Source of the DNA: Octopus sinensis
Taxonomy: Eukaryota
Length of the DNA stretch: 64,000 bases
Reading direction: 5' to 3'
Assembly (NCBI RefSeq): GCF_006345805.1
Contig: NC_043020.1
Coordinates: 14,074,001 to 14,138,000 of the forward strand
The translations under genes were made by a program, and so were the position numbers. The notes beneath the pieces are model-generated. The model saw only the letters and a list, made by a program, of their open reading frames with translations. It was not told the origin of the DNA and searched no databases. This document shows, piece after piece, positions 12,772 to 25,017 of this stretch; within the stretch, counting starts at the first letter, position 1; each line of letters opens with the position of its first letter.

Positions 12772-13033
12772 AGCCTCTCAATTCTAAGTTCTGCTTTCCA
12801 GTCTTGAATTTCCTTTTTAATTTTACTACAGATTCAGCTATCAGAATTAGATCAACAATACATAAGAGTTCCCAGACAGATCTGGTTTTAAACTCTTTTT
12901 GCAAAGGCTTGGAAAACTATGCTAAACAGAAGTGGGCTAAGGACTGAGCCTTGGTGAACCACTCCCTGCATGCTGGACTCGTCACAGTAACTCATTGCTC
13001 TTACTTTGCTGACTGCAACTCTGCACATAACCT

Positions 13034-13450
13034 ATTTCTTTATTACCCACAAGGGGCTAAACATAGAGGGGACAAACAAGGACAGACAAAGGGATTAAGT
13101 CGATTACATCAACCCCAGTGCGTAACTGGTACTTAATTTATCGACCCCGAAAGGATGAAAGGCAAAGTCGACCTCGGCGGAATTTGAACTCACAACGTAA
13201 CGGCAGACGAAATACCTATTTCTTTACTACCCACAAGGGGCTAAACACAGAGGTGATAAACAAGGACAGACAAAGGGATCAAGTCGATTACATCGACCCC
13301 AGTGCGTAACTGGTACTTAATTTATCGACCCCGAAAGGATGAAAGGTAAAGTCGACCTCGGCGGAATTTGAACTCAGAACGTAACGGCAGACGAAATACC
13401 GCTAAGCATTTCGCCCGGCGTGCTAACGTTTCTGCCAGCTCGCTGCCTTA
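13034..13450 (-). mobile_element. SINE family B dimer with 17-bp TSD
   Basis: aactctgcacataacct at 13017-13033 and 13451-13467. Confidence 0.9.
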
Positions 13451-13929
13451 AACTCTGCACATAACCTGTATGGCCCTCATTAGTTATTTGTGTAACCTTA
13501 ACCCTTTAGCATTCAGATTACGCAATCAAATGCAATGCTTATTTATTCATACTGTTTTGAATTAATCATGCATTATCTCGTAGTTTCAAGATTTTGATGA
13601 TATCAACATCATCATTACCACCATCACCATCACCATCACAATCATCATCCTTTAACGTCCATTTTCCATGCTGGCATGGGTTGGGTGGTTCAACTAGAGC
13701 TAGCAAGCCCGAGAGCTGGCACCAGGTTACAGTATGATTTGGCTTGGTTTCTACAGCTGGATACCCTTCCTAACACCAGCCACTTTACAGTGGCACTTTA
13801 CATTACACTGGCACAAGTGCATTTTACGTGGTACTGACACAGGACTCTTGTGATTATTCATTTTCAGAATGTCAATGTAGGGCAAGTGTGAGAGACCAGA
13901 TCTGGCCAGCTTGAACATAAAACAGATAG

Positions 13930-14160
13930 GATATTTGAGTTAATCCAAACATGAAAGCACAAAGAGAAAACACAACAATGCGAGGACGTGGAACAAATAT
14001 AGTATTATTGGACGCTCAGGAAGGAAGGGAAGAAGGAGGGTTTTACGTTTCGAGTGGAGCTCTTTGTCAGAAACATAGGAAAAGGAAAGATCTAGAGAAG
14101 GGAAGACGGAGGAAAGAAAATCGCCAATGGTACACACGCGGTCACATGAGCCTGATTTGG
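13930..14160 (-). mobile_element. Penelope-like terminal repeat fragment with degenerate hammerhead core
   Basis: Minus strand CTGACAA-AGAG-CTCCA-CTC-GAAAC at 14047-14070. Confidence 0.5.
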
Positions 14161-14430
14161 CCAGTTTAAACACTAAAAGGTTAAACTTCTTTAGTGATCA
14201 CCAGATTACTGTATGTGGAGCCTTGTAAAAAGATTCTCCAGGTTCACAAATTAAAGGCTGAGCAGTTTACTTATAGCTTGGGGTTTCTGTAGTTGTCTTA
14301 CTAAGAAGGAGTTCATCAGTAGCAGTTTTTCGGGGGCAGAAAGCCAAATTGCTTCTTATCAAAGCTAATTCTGTTCCTTCTCATTTTTTGTTGTGTCTAA
14401 GGAGATTCATTATGCCAATAGTATTAATGC

Positions 14431-14816
14431 GTGGAGGCGCAATGGCCCAGTGGTTAGGGCAGCGGACTCGCGGTCATAGTATCACGGTTTCGATTCCCAG
14501 ACCTGGCGTTGTGAGTGTTTATTGAGCGAAAACACCTAAAAAGCTCCACGAGGCTCCGGCAGGGGATGATGGTGATCCCTGCTGTACTCTTTCACCACAA
14601 CGTTCTCTCACTCTTACTTCCTGTTTCTGTTGTACCTGTATTTCAAGGGGCCGGCCTTGTCACTCTCTGTGTCACGCTGAATATCCCCGAGAACTACGTT
14701 AAGGGTACACGTGTCTGTGGAGTGCTCAGCCACTTACACGTTAATTTCACGAGCAGGCTGTTCCGTTGATCGGATCAACTGGAACCCTCATCGTCGTAAC
14801 CGACGGAGTGCTTCCC
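14431..14816 (+). mobile_element. tRNA-derived SINE family D, full length
   Basis: A-box TGGCCCAGTGG, B-box-like GGTTTCGATTCC, and 11-bp TSD agtattaatgc (14420-14430, 14817-14827). Confidence 0.85.
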
Positions 14817-15041
14817 AGTATTAATGCACACACTGGCTCAATACAACTCCACTATTGTTAGTCAATTGGTTAAATGTCCAACTAACTAATCAATTGTTTG
14901 TGTAGATAGCAGAACATTGTGTTCTTCAGCATCTTACTAGCTTGGCTAGAGCTTATTCTACTTGGTTTTTGTATCTGATTTCAAAGATTCTGCTATACCA
15001 GTTATTGAGTACATCACCTCACTGGCTACATCTCTCTCTTT

Positions 15042-15254
15042 TACTCTCTTACCTGTTTCAGTCATTTGACTGTGGCCATGCTGGAGCACCGTCTTTAATC
15101 GAGCAACTCGATCCCGGGACTTATTCTTTTGTAAGCCCAGTACTTATTCTATCGGTCTCTTTTGCCGAACCGCTAAGTAACGGGGACATAAACACACCAG
15201 CATCGGTTGTCAAGCAATGCTAAGGGGACAAACACAGACACACAAACACACACA

Positions 15255-15292
<38 letters not shown>

Positions 15293-15447
15293 TACGACAG
15301 GCTTCTTTCAGTTTCCATCTACCAAATCCACTCACAAGGCTTTGGTCAGCCCGAGGCTATAGTAGAAGACACTTGCCCAAGGTGCCACGCAGTGGGACTG
15401 AACCCGGAACCATGTGGTTGGTAAACAAGCTACTTACCACACAGCCA
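15042..15447 (-). mobile_element. SINE family A
   Basis: Near-consensus copy. Confidence 0.9.
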
Positions 15448-15670
15448 TTATCTTGTAGCTTCAAGATTTTAATGATGTAATTGTTTATTTTTAGAATCAT
15501 GGTCAGTGCCAATGCCACCTGACTGGCCCCCATCCCAGTGGCACATAAAAAGCACCCGCTACACTCTCAGAGTGGCTAGCATTAGGAAGGGTATCAAGCT
15601 GTAGAAACCTTGCCAGATCAGACTGAAACAAGTAAAAAAAAAAAAAAAGGGAGAAAATGTAAAGGGTAAT

Positions 15671-15972
15671 GTGAAGGTGTATGGCTCAGTGGTTAAAGCG
15701 TCAGGCTCACAATTATGAGATAGTGAGTTCAGTTCCCAGATCAAGCTCTGTGTTGTGGTTGCTCCAGTTCACTCAGCTGTAGAAATGAGTTGCAATGTCA
15801 CAGGTGCCAAGCTGTATTGGCCCCTTTGCCTTTCTCTTGGATAACATCAATGGCATGGAGAGGGGAGGCTGGTATGCATGGACGATGGTTTATCTTCCAT
15901 AAAAAACAATCTTGCTCAGACTTTTGCCTCAGAAAGGAACTGTCTAGGTGCAATCCCAGGGTCATTCATGAC
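15671..15972 (+). mobile_element. tRNA-derived SINE family E (diverged)
   Basis: Head gtgaaggtgtatggctcagtggttaaagc; homologous to 40040-40338. Confidence 0.75.
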
Positions 15973-16028
15973 CCTTGTCAAATGTAATGCTTATTTAATC
16001 ACATTGTTTTGAATTAATCACGCTTTAA

Positions 16029-16335
16029 GTGGAGGCACATGGCCTAGTGGTTAGAGCAGCAGACTCGCGGTCGAGGGATCGCGGGTTCGAATCTCAGACC
16101 GGGCGATATGTGTGTTTATGAGAGAAACACCTAAGCTCCACGCAGCTCCGGCAGAAAGTAATGGCGAAACTTCTGCTGACTCTCTCGCCAAAACTTTCTC
16201 TCACTCTTTCCTCCTGCATCTTGCAGCTCACCTGCGACGGACCGGCGTTCCATCCAGGTGGGGAACCTATACGCCAAGAAACTGGGAAAACGGCCCTTAT
16301 GAGCCAAGCATGGCTCGAGAAGGAACAACCAAAAG
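16029..16335 (+). mobile_element. tRNA-derived SINE with family D core and a different tail
   Basis: TGGCCTAGTGG and GGTTCGAATC boxes; core aaacacctaagctccacg...ctttctctcactctt. Confidence 0.8.
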
Positions 16336-16372
16336 ATTTCAATGGTGTGTATTTTTAGAACGACATTGTAAA

Positions 16373-16757
16373 TAGGCGCAGGAGTGGCTATGTGGTAAGT
16401 AGCTTGATTACCAACCACATGGTTCCGGGTTCAGTCCCACTGCGTGGCACCTTGGGCAAGTGTCTTCTACTATAGCCTCGGGCCGACCAAAGCCTTGTGA
16501 GTGGATTTGGTAGATGGAAACTGAAAGAAGCCCGTCGTATATATGTGTCTGTGTGTCTGTGTTTGTCCCCCTAGTATTGCTTGACAACCGATGCTAGTGT
16601 GTTTATGTCCCCGTTACTTAGCAGTTCAGCAAAAGAGACCGATAGAATAAGTACTGGGCTTACAAAGAATAAGTCCCGGGTCGAGTTGCTCGATTAAAGG
16701 TGGTGCTCCAGCATGGCCGCAGTCAAATGACTGAAACAAGTAAAAGAGTAAAGAGTA
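16373..16757 (+). mobile_element. SINE family A, full length (CORE-like domain accttgggcaagtg)
   Basis: A-box TGGCTATGTGG, B-box-like GGTTCAGTCCC, (AAGAGTA)n tail. Octopus OR2 is a known CORE-SINE, but identity with it is not verified. Confidence 0.9.
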
Positions 16758-17029
16758 TAGGTACGAGAGGCTGGATCTGGTAAGTTTAAATATAAAACAG
16801 GTAGAACATTTCGGCTGAATATGGCCAGATTAAATGCTAAGGTGTTAAAAATTAACTGAAGCAAAGGCAATGTATCTCAATAGAAATATAGTAACAAAAA
16901 TATTAACTTGGAGTTCCTATCCATTCTTTACGCAACAGTCTGTCATATTCCATACACACTGAATGTCCATTCCAGTGCAGCCTTTGCTCTTTTACACTAT
17001 ATATATCATCATCATCATTGTTTAACGTC

Positions 17030-17322
17030 CGCTTTCCATGCTAATATATATATACATACATACATACATATATATACATACATACATACATACATATATA
17101 TACATATATACACATCTGATAGCCTGGTCAGTCACGGTGACAGTGATATATATATATATATACACACACACATACATACATACATATATACATACATACA
17201 CACATACATACATATACACATACACACACACATACATACATATACACATACATACATATATATATATACATACATATATACATATATATACATCTGATAG
17301 CCTGGTCGGTCACGGTGACAGT

Positions 17323-17393
<71 letters not shown>

Positions 17394-17520
17394 GCACACA
17401 TACATACATACATATATACGTACGTACATACATACATACATATATACATACATACATACACACATACATATACACATACATACATACATATACACATACA
17501 TACAAGATCTAATGTATACT
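17030..17520. repeat. (TACA)n/(TA)n microsatellite with two embedded SINE-tail units
   Basis: acatctgatagcctggtc(a/g)gtcacggtgacagtgat near 17111 and 17290. Confidence 0.85.
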
Positions 17521-18139
17521 TATATTTATATTTACTTGTATTTATATTTAAATATTTATATTTAAATATGACCATTCCGAAATATAACAATATGTATTTA
17601 TATTCTCTTTTATATATATTCTAATTATTATACAACATTACTCTTTTATGTACACTTTTTTATGTACATTCCTTTATGTACACTGATTTGTCCTGCTTTT
17701 TATATTTAACCCTACAGTCTCTTATGTGGTGGTTTAATAAAGTATGTGATTGAGTATTATCTGGTAATTGATATTTGATTTAGATGTATTTCTCCATTTT
17801 CTTATCTTGTATAGACATACATATATATATACATACACACACACACACACATATATATATATATTTATATTAGTCATTCAAATAAACGAATAAAAATAAC
17901 AGGCAACGAAAATACATGCACAAGGAATGCACTAGTTTGACGCTCGGTGAAAAGAGAGTTTTTGACATTTTAAGCATAGCTCTTTGTCAGAAAGGAGAAA
18001 GGGAAAAGTTCAAAGAAAGAAAAGAAATTGCCAACAGCACATATGTGTAGTTACACTTAGAGATAGAGGGGGGGAGACAGACAGACAGACTGACAGACAG
18101 GCAGACAGACTGACGGATGGATAGATATCAACATCATTA

Positions 18140-18890
18140 TTTTTTTCTATCTGTTTAATATCATCTATGTATTTTAATAGAGTAACATACTTCAAGTTGG
18201 CATCTCTTTCATTAATGTATAAAACAGACAACAAGGAGACCAAGAACAAATCCCTGTGGGACACCAGATATCATTGCTTGGTATACAGAATGTTGTCCTA
18301 GTACTATGACTACCCCCTTTCAACTGAGAATGAAGGACTTCAACAATTTGCAAAAATTAAGCCTGATGTGCATTGCAAAGAGCCTTGTCATATGTCATTT
18401 GTGTGACACAGAATTAACCCTTTAGCATTTAAACCGGCCATATCCGGCCAAAAGTATTCTACCTGTTTTATGTTCAAACTGGCCAGATCTGGTCTCTCAC
18501 ACCAATCCTACAATATCGTTTGAAAAATTAACAGCTACCTCATCAAAATCTCATAGCTACAAGATAATGCATGATTAGTTCAAAACAATTTGGATAAAAA
18601 AGGATTAATTTTGGCAGAATAATGTGAACACTAAAGGGTTAAAGACACTCGTGAGGCTAACATAGAGAACACCCACACATGAGTGACCATCTGTGATTTA
18701 AGTGAGGTCTTCAAGAAAGTCAATGAATTGGCCACAACAGCCAGAGTTAGAGATGAATCCAAACTGTGAGGGTCAATTGAGTTTATGACAAGAAGTTCCA
18801 AAGTGTCTTTTTAGCATAGGACTCAATCAATTTTTGTGATGCAGTGAGACTGACAGGACAATTATGACCAGGTGATGTGTGGTCACCCTG
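18140..18890 (-). mobile_element. Decayed CR1/L2-group LINE reverse transcriptase fragment
   Basis: Frame-shifted RT motifs PVSLT, QFGF, (AF)DSV-H-like VFNSVSHK, GVPQG, LYIN and KYIDD. Confidence 0.75.
18418..18638. mobile_element. piggyBac MITE P1 inserted in the LINE RT
   Basis: TTAA|ccctttagc...cactaaaggg|TTAA. Confidence 0.9.
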
Positions 18891-19068
18891 TCCAGCAAAA
18901 TAAAAGATATCATCATCATCATCGTCACCACCATCGTTTTAACTTCCACTTTTCCATGCTTGTATGAGTCAGAGTTTATTGGCCGGATATGGCCGGTTTA
19001 ATGCTAAAGAGATATATATATATCACCGTGATCACCGTGACCAACCAGGCTATCAGATGTTGCTATAC

Positions 19069-19100
<32 letters not shown>

Positions 19101-19124
19101 TATATATATAATATATATATATAT

Positions 19125-19362
19125 CACCGTGACCGCCAGGCTATCAGATGTTGCTACAAATCGCTGGTCACAATGCGCTTCGCATTCTTTTAGCCTTCAA
19201 ATGACGCCTCCCCACTGGCTAAGTGAGCAGGCCAACTGAAGAAAGAGTGAGAGAAAGTTGTGGCAAAAGAGTACAATAGGGATTGCCACCACCCCCTGCC
19301 GGAGTTTCGTGGAGCTTTAGGTGTTTTCGCTCAATAAACACTCACAATGCCCGGTCTGGGAT
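19125..19362 (-). mobile_element. SINE with family D core and a third tail type (5'-truncated)
   Basis: Core gtttattgagcgaaaacacctaaagctccacg; tail ...acatctgatagcctgg..gtcacggtgat. Confidence 0.75.
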
Positions 19363-19399
19363 ATATATATATATTATATATATATATATATAAGCAAAT

Positions 19400-20230
19400 C
19401 CAAGAATATTAAGAAAAAATGGGAGAAGCAACAAATGTCAATTGGACATACACAGCCGATCAGTGAAAGTTTTAGATGGAAAAATAGGAGTAAAAATAGT
19501 GTTTCAAACGTGGCTCTTCATCAGATAGAGGGAAAACTCCAGAAAAGAGGGAAAGCAGAAATGTACAGATAGCCCGAAGAAAAGCAAGTGTGTTGTGTGT
19601 GTGTGTGTATTATGTGTAAAAAGTTTGTATATCTGTAGGTGTAAATTTTATATATATATATATATAATTCTTTTCCTCTCCCTTTTACCGTTATCTATCT
19701 GTCATTCTCTCTTACTCCTTTACTCTCTCGTTGCTCACATGTGACCATCGGCTATCTTTCTTTTCCTAACCTGAGTTTCTTTCTTTTCCTCTGATTAGCT
19801 ACAAGAGATCAGCCACATCCTTGTCTGTCTCCTGTCAAAGCTTGTTTCTCCACCATTCGACACCTCACCTCATCATGGCTTAACAGCCCTTACAGTTTTC
19901 ACTGTCCTGTTTTTGTTATCAACTTTGACCCCTCTACAAATCCTAAATTTTATTTGATTAGCTTTGTGGAAGCAACTGTTTTGACGAAGGCACATCTTGT
20001 CATAAATGCTCGAAACATGGAGTAGATAAAACAGCCGACAACTGATGAAGGGTCGTTCTTTATGTTACTTGTCTTGTTTTCCATGTCTCTTTCGTTGTTC
20101 ACAAAAAATGTTCGTATTCTATGTTTTCGTACATATTTCGTTTTTCATTTTGTTTATGTTCTATGACGTCCTGTACCTATATATGCATGTATATATACAT
20201 ATATATGTAAGTATGTACCTATATGTATGT
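19400..20230. mobile_element. Penelope-like fragments in both orientations with hammerhead-like cores
   Basis: Minus strand CTGATGA-AGAGC-CAC-GTTT-GAAAC (19501-19524); plus strand TTGACGAA..GGCA...TGCTC-GAAAC (19981-20016). Confidence 0.45.
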
Positions 20231-20257
20231 ATACATGCATATATATATGCATATATA

Positions 20258-20290
<33 letters not shown>

Positions 20291-20469
20291 CATACCAAAA
20301 TTGACAACTTTGATGTGGAAAGTGAACCAGTGAGTAGGTTAAGTAATAAAGCACTAAAAGAGAAGGACTCTCCCCTGGCACAATAAAATATGCTTCAACA
20401 CAAGAATTCACATAAAGATCTTGCAAACCAAATACAAAAACGAAATTACATATCAAAATTGATTATCAA

Positions 20470-20505
20470 CTTTGATATATTATATATATATATATATATA
20501 TATAG

Positions 20506-20547
<42 letters not shown>

Positions 20548-20580
20548 ATACATACATATATGTATACATATTATATATAT

Positions 20581-20611
<31 letters not shown>

Positions 20612-20617
20612 CATACA

Positions 20618-20685
<68 letters not shown>

Positions 20686-20760
20686 AAATATAATATATAT
20701 ATATATATATATATACAAACATATATATATATACAAACAGGTGTGTGTGTGTGTAGTACT
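20470..20760. repeat. (TA)n/(TG)n microsatellite
   Basis: Direct inspection. Confidence 0.95.
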
Positions 20761-22631
20761 GCCTAGATGGATTTATAGAATCCTGCGGTTATCACACAAA
20801 GCTAAGGCCCTCTAAAAGACCTATCATGCCATAATACGAATGAGTTTCATGCACCTGAAAGCCAGGAGATCCAATCGATGAAATTATTTCAAAGTCAGGA
20901 GGTATTAGGCGTGAATATATTTATTTGACCACTCGCTATCCTTATGATTACGGCCGTTTCGCAGCATTCGACATGTAATAAAAATTATCATACCCCCACC
21001 GCTGACTTTTTATGATACCGTCCGAAAGATTGCCACGTTGTATTATGTAAAACAGTGATATATTATTCAATCATTGTATTATATATATATACTAGAGTTT
21101 TATATATATAGATATAGCATGGACGGGGTATGTAACGATGTTGATATCTCTGTATCCATCCATTTGTCTATATAGTGTGTATTCGTCCAAATATCCTGTT
21201 CTACTCTAGGCACAAAGCCCGAAATATTGGGGAAGGAGACCAGTCGATTAGATCGACCGCAGTACGCAACTGGTACTTAATTTGTACATAAACTATCCCG
21301 TCTAAGAGAGAACTGACATGTGTAATATAAACCACCACCAGGCAAGCACGTTGCTGTTTCATTATTATTATGAAGCCACTTGTCTGGTGCTCTTTAACAA
21401 AAGATTGAATATAGACTTTCGTAAGAAGGGGAAGGGTGGACGAAAAAGAATTTAAAATTTGTCCTAATTGCTTCTCATGCTTGAACAGACACAAATAGAC
21501 ACGAGGACATTACCGAAAAGGTTGTTTTATAATATAAAGAGACCGAGCTTTTTTTTTTTTTTTGGTTAGATAATAAATATGTGTTGGTGTTAAGATCGTT
21601 GGCATGTTTCTTATTATCCTAATATTAGTTGGTTTGTGTGAATGAGGAGTACAGGGAAAGAAATGTAGCCAAATGTAGAAGCCATACAGGAGACTAACCT
21701 ACTTAGAGACGACAATCAGAGCATTTATATTATAAGAAAATGTCAGTTGCTTTTAGCTTGATGTGTATTTAAAATAAATACAGTTAGAGTTGTGTGTGTG
21801 GTTTTCTATACACATATATATTCATGTCTCTGTGGGCCATATATTTTGTGTACTAGATATGGTCACACAGTGCGTGTGTGTATATATATATTGGAAGGTT
21901 TGGATATATATATATATGCGTGTGTGTTATATCACCCAAAATATCCCAAATGTCATAAAATATATAATACGCTGTGTATAATAAATGTAGTTATTGATAT
22001 ATAGCCACTTTATATACACTTTGTTCCAGTATATAGTTCCTTTAATTAAAATTTTTCATAATTTCTTTTGTCCCACACATTGAGAAATTCATCGCTAATG
22101 AGTTATGTGTATTATTATAATAATAATAATTATTATTATTATTATTATTATCCCTATTGTTCTTTAACTCCAGGTTGTCCCCGGTCGAAGAGACTTATCA
22201 AAGACATCTCAACCGTGACCATTCCGCCTGTTTCTTTTGGGGGGAGAGGGGGGGGAGAGTTATTTTTGCGATAATACAGTATTATTTGAGGGAGATTTTT
22301 GGCTATTTCTAAGGATCACGGATATTTCCCCACGCTGGACCTGTTAAAAGGCCAAACCATACCAGTGGAATTATATAAAGATATATCATTAGGCTATTAT
22401 AACAGGAAATAGTTATGTCCGTTTGCGGTGGCTATTCTTTCTATTAAAGTCCTGTTGAAGGAGGATATTTGACGATATATTTGAGGTATAATAGCACAAT
22501 TAGAGGAAATAATTAATTGAAAGGGGCAGCTGTAGACTAGGGTTTGAACATTTAAAATATCTTCGAATAATTTAGGCGAAGACAGAAGAAAGAAAAAACA
22601 GTTAGGGACACCTTAAATCAAGTTTCATTTA

Positions 22632-22823
<192 letters not shown>

Positions 22824-23056
22824 CTATATAAGAAGCAGTTAGAGTTGAGCAGAAAGTGAACAAGTGAACATTAGAGACAGAGGTGGAGGGCAGAGAGAGA
22901 GAGAGACAGAAACAAAGAGCGGAAGAAATGGCTAGAGGACCGGAGGGACAGAGGTAGAGGACAGAGAGGTACCTCAAAGTAAATGAGGACAGGGTTTGAG
23001 GGGTCTAAATGTTAGGATAAGAGACCAAGGAAGGATACAAAGTAGGAATCACTCAC

Positions 23057-23400
23057 GAAGTGACACCAAAATTTGGTGCTGTTTTACCGAAAGCAACAAT
23101 AAAATATAAGAGTGTTTCCGAAGAGAGCACAATGCCTGTGTGTCTGTTAGATTGTAACTGGAATAAATGTGTGTCCGCGTATGTCAGATATAAGTGAAAT
23201 TAATGTGTTTATTATATTTGTTGGCGATAAGGTAGTTGTTGATCGGCAACAGGATGTTTCTTCTTTGAAAACTGGGCCACTAACGCTTCTAAGCTACATT
23301 TGGGTGAAATATTTGTTGTAATACGAAAGACAGAAGAAATAACTGATACGTACGCATACGCGCAACACACAGACACACACACACAGACAAGAAAGAGTGA
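23057..23400 (-). promoter_or_regulatory. Putative non-coding 5'-UTR exon / proximal promoter of MAPKAPK2
   Basis: Minus-strand donor CTTC|GTGAGT at 23057/23056 lies 233 nt upstream of the 22824 acceptor. The sequence is unique, repeat-free and contains CpGs. The 5' boundary is a guess. Confidence 0.45.
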
Positions 23401-23829
23401 ACAATCCTGTTTTGTTTTTGTTTCTCACCACTTAATGTTTTATCTTGAAGTCACCTTTATCAAACACAAGATAAGGTTTTTTTGGTTTTTTTTTACTTAA
23501 CGTGAAGATTTGAAAGTTTAATTATTTTATATTTATTTATATTCCTAAACAGTTTATTCTGGTAAAGGACTTTCGCAAAAGTTAATTGTTAAACTTTTTG
23601 CTTCGTCAGAATTATTAAGGATTTTTCTCTCTAGTTTATATTTGGAATTTATGAGTAACGAATTTTTTGGAGCTTTGATAATTAAAATTAGGTTCTATGA
23701 ATGAAAATAAAACATCAACGGCACACACGCACATATATGTGTGTATATATGTATGTGTGTGTGTGAAACTAATCCTTAACGAGAATAACGTAGCAGGAAA
23801 TTGTCAAGTGCTTTTCGGTGTGGTTAATT

Positions 23830-24027
23830 GTCATGTGTGTGCACGCGCTCGTAGATATATATATATGTGTGTGTTTGTATGCGCATGTATGTATATTTGT
23901 GTGTGCGTGCGTGCGTATATATGTGTGAGTGTGTCTTTGCACGCGCTCGTATATATATATATATATATGTGTGTGTGCGTGTGTGTGCGTATATATGTGT
24001 GAGTGTGTCTGTGTTTGCACGCGCTCG

Positions 24028-24062
<35 letters not shown>

Positions 24063-24272
24063 TTGTATGCGTATGTATGTATATTTGTGTGTGTGTGTGT
24101 GCGTATGTATGTGTGAGTGCCTGTGTGTGTGTGTGCGTATGTATGTGTGAGTGCCTGTGTGTGTGTGTGCGTATGTATGTGTGAGTGCCTGTGTGTGTGT
24201 GCACGCTCTCGTATGTGCGTGTGTGTATTTGTATGCGTATGTATGTACATTTGTGTGTGTGTGCGTGTGTGC
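23830..24272. repeat. Compound (TG)/(TA)/(CG) minisatellite
   Basis: Anchor gcacgc(g/t)ctcgta recurs near 23840, 23938, 24017 and 24201 within alternating purine-pyrimidine sequence. Confidence 0.9.
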
Positions 24273-24630
24273 AGGCTGTTTAAAAAAAATCTACCAGAAG
24301 CCGAAGAGTGCTTTGCCCTTGGATCATTAAATGCCCAGACGATTCGGCTGCAGCTGTCCCTTCTATTCATATCGTCATTAGTACGTGTGACTCTAAGTTG
24401 AACTTCAGTCGCAGGTCCCTCTTTTGGGTCCATTGCGGACGTCCCACTTCAGAGGTTGTTAATATTACAATCACATAAAAAAAGCCGGATAATTGTTTAG
24501 AACACTAACACACGTGGGTTCAAGTCCTATGCATACGGCAAAATCTACTTTATTTGAGGAAGATTTTGGCTCCTATTTCTAAGGATAACGTTAAAAGACC
24601 AAACCGTACTAGTGGAATTATATAAAGATA

Positions 24631-25017
24631 CTAGCAGTATCGCCCGGCATTGCTCGGGTTTGTAAGGGAAATAACTATATAAGCATTTTTAGAGAGTTAT
24701 AGCAAAAAAATGCATTAAAAATGGAAAAAAAATGATGGTAAATTTATTTTAAAATCGTTGACTCATCGTAGACATTTTTAGAGAGTTACTTCCCTTATAT
24801 AATAGCGAAAAAAATGCATTAAAATGGAAAAAATGATGGTAAATTTTTTTTTAAATCGTAGACTCATCGTAGACGCGCGCTAATACCCAGAAGGGCTCGA
24901 TATGAATCACGACTATAAGATACCCGCTTTTGGTTAAACTGCACCGCAAATTGTGGGAGTAGTCAGGAATCTAAATCGTAGGAGACAGACACACAACCTT
25001 TCTTTTATATATAAAGA
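24631..25017 (-). mobile_element. Non-autonomous Helitron (family H1)
   Basis: 5' TC, 3' hairpin CCCGAGCAATGCCGGG plus CTAG, inserted between A and T without a TSD. Confidence 0.85.

Noticed and set aside
14431-14505. tRNA-like sequences (also 16029 and 40040)
   Set aside because: They have A/B boxes but no complete cloverleaf acceptor stem and continue into SINE bodies; these are SINE heads, not tRNA genes.
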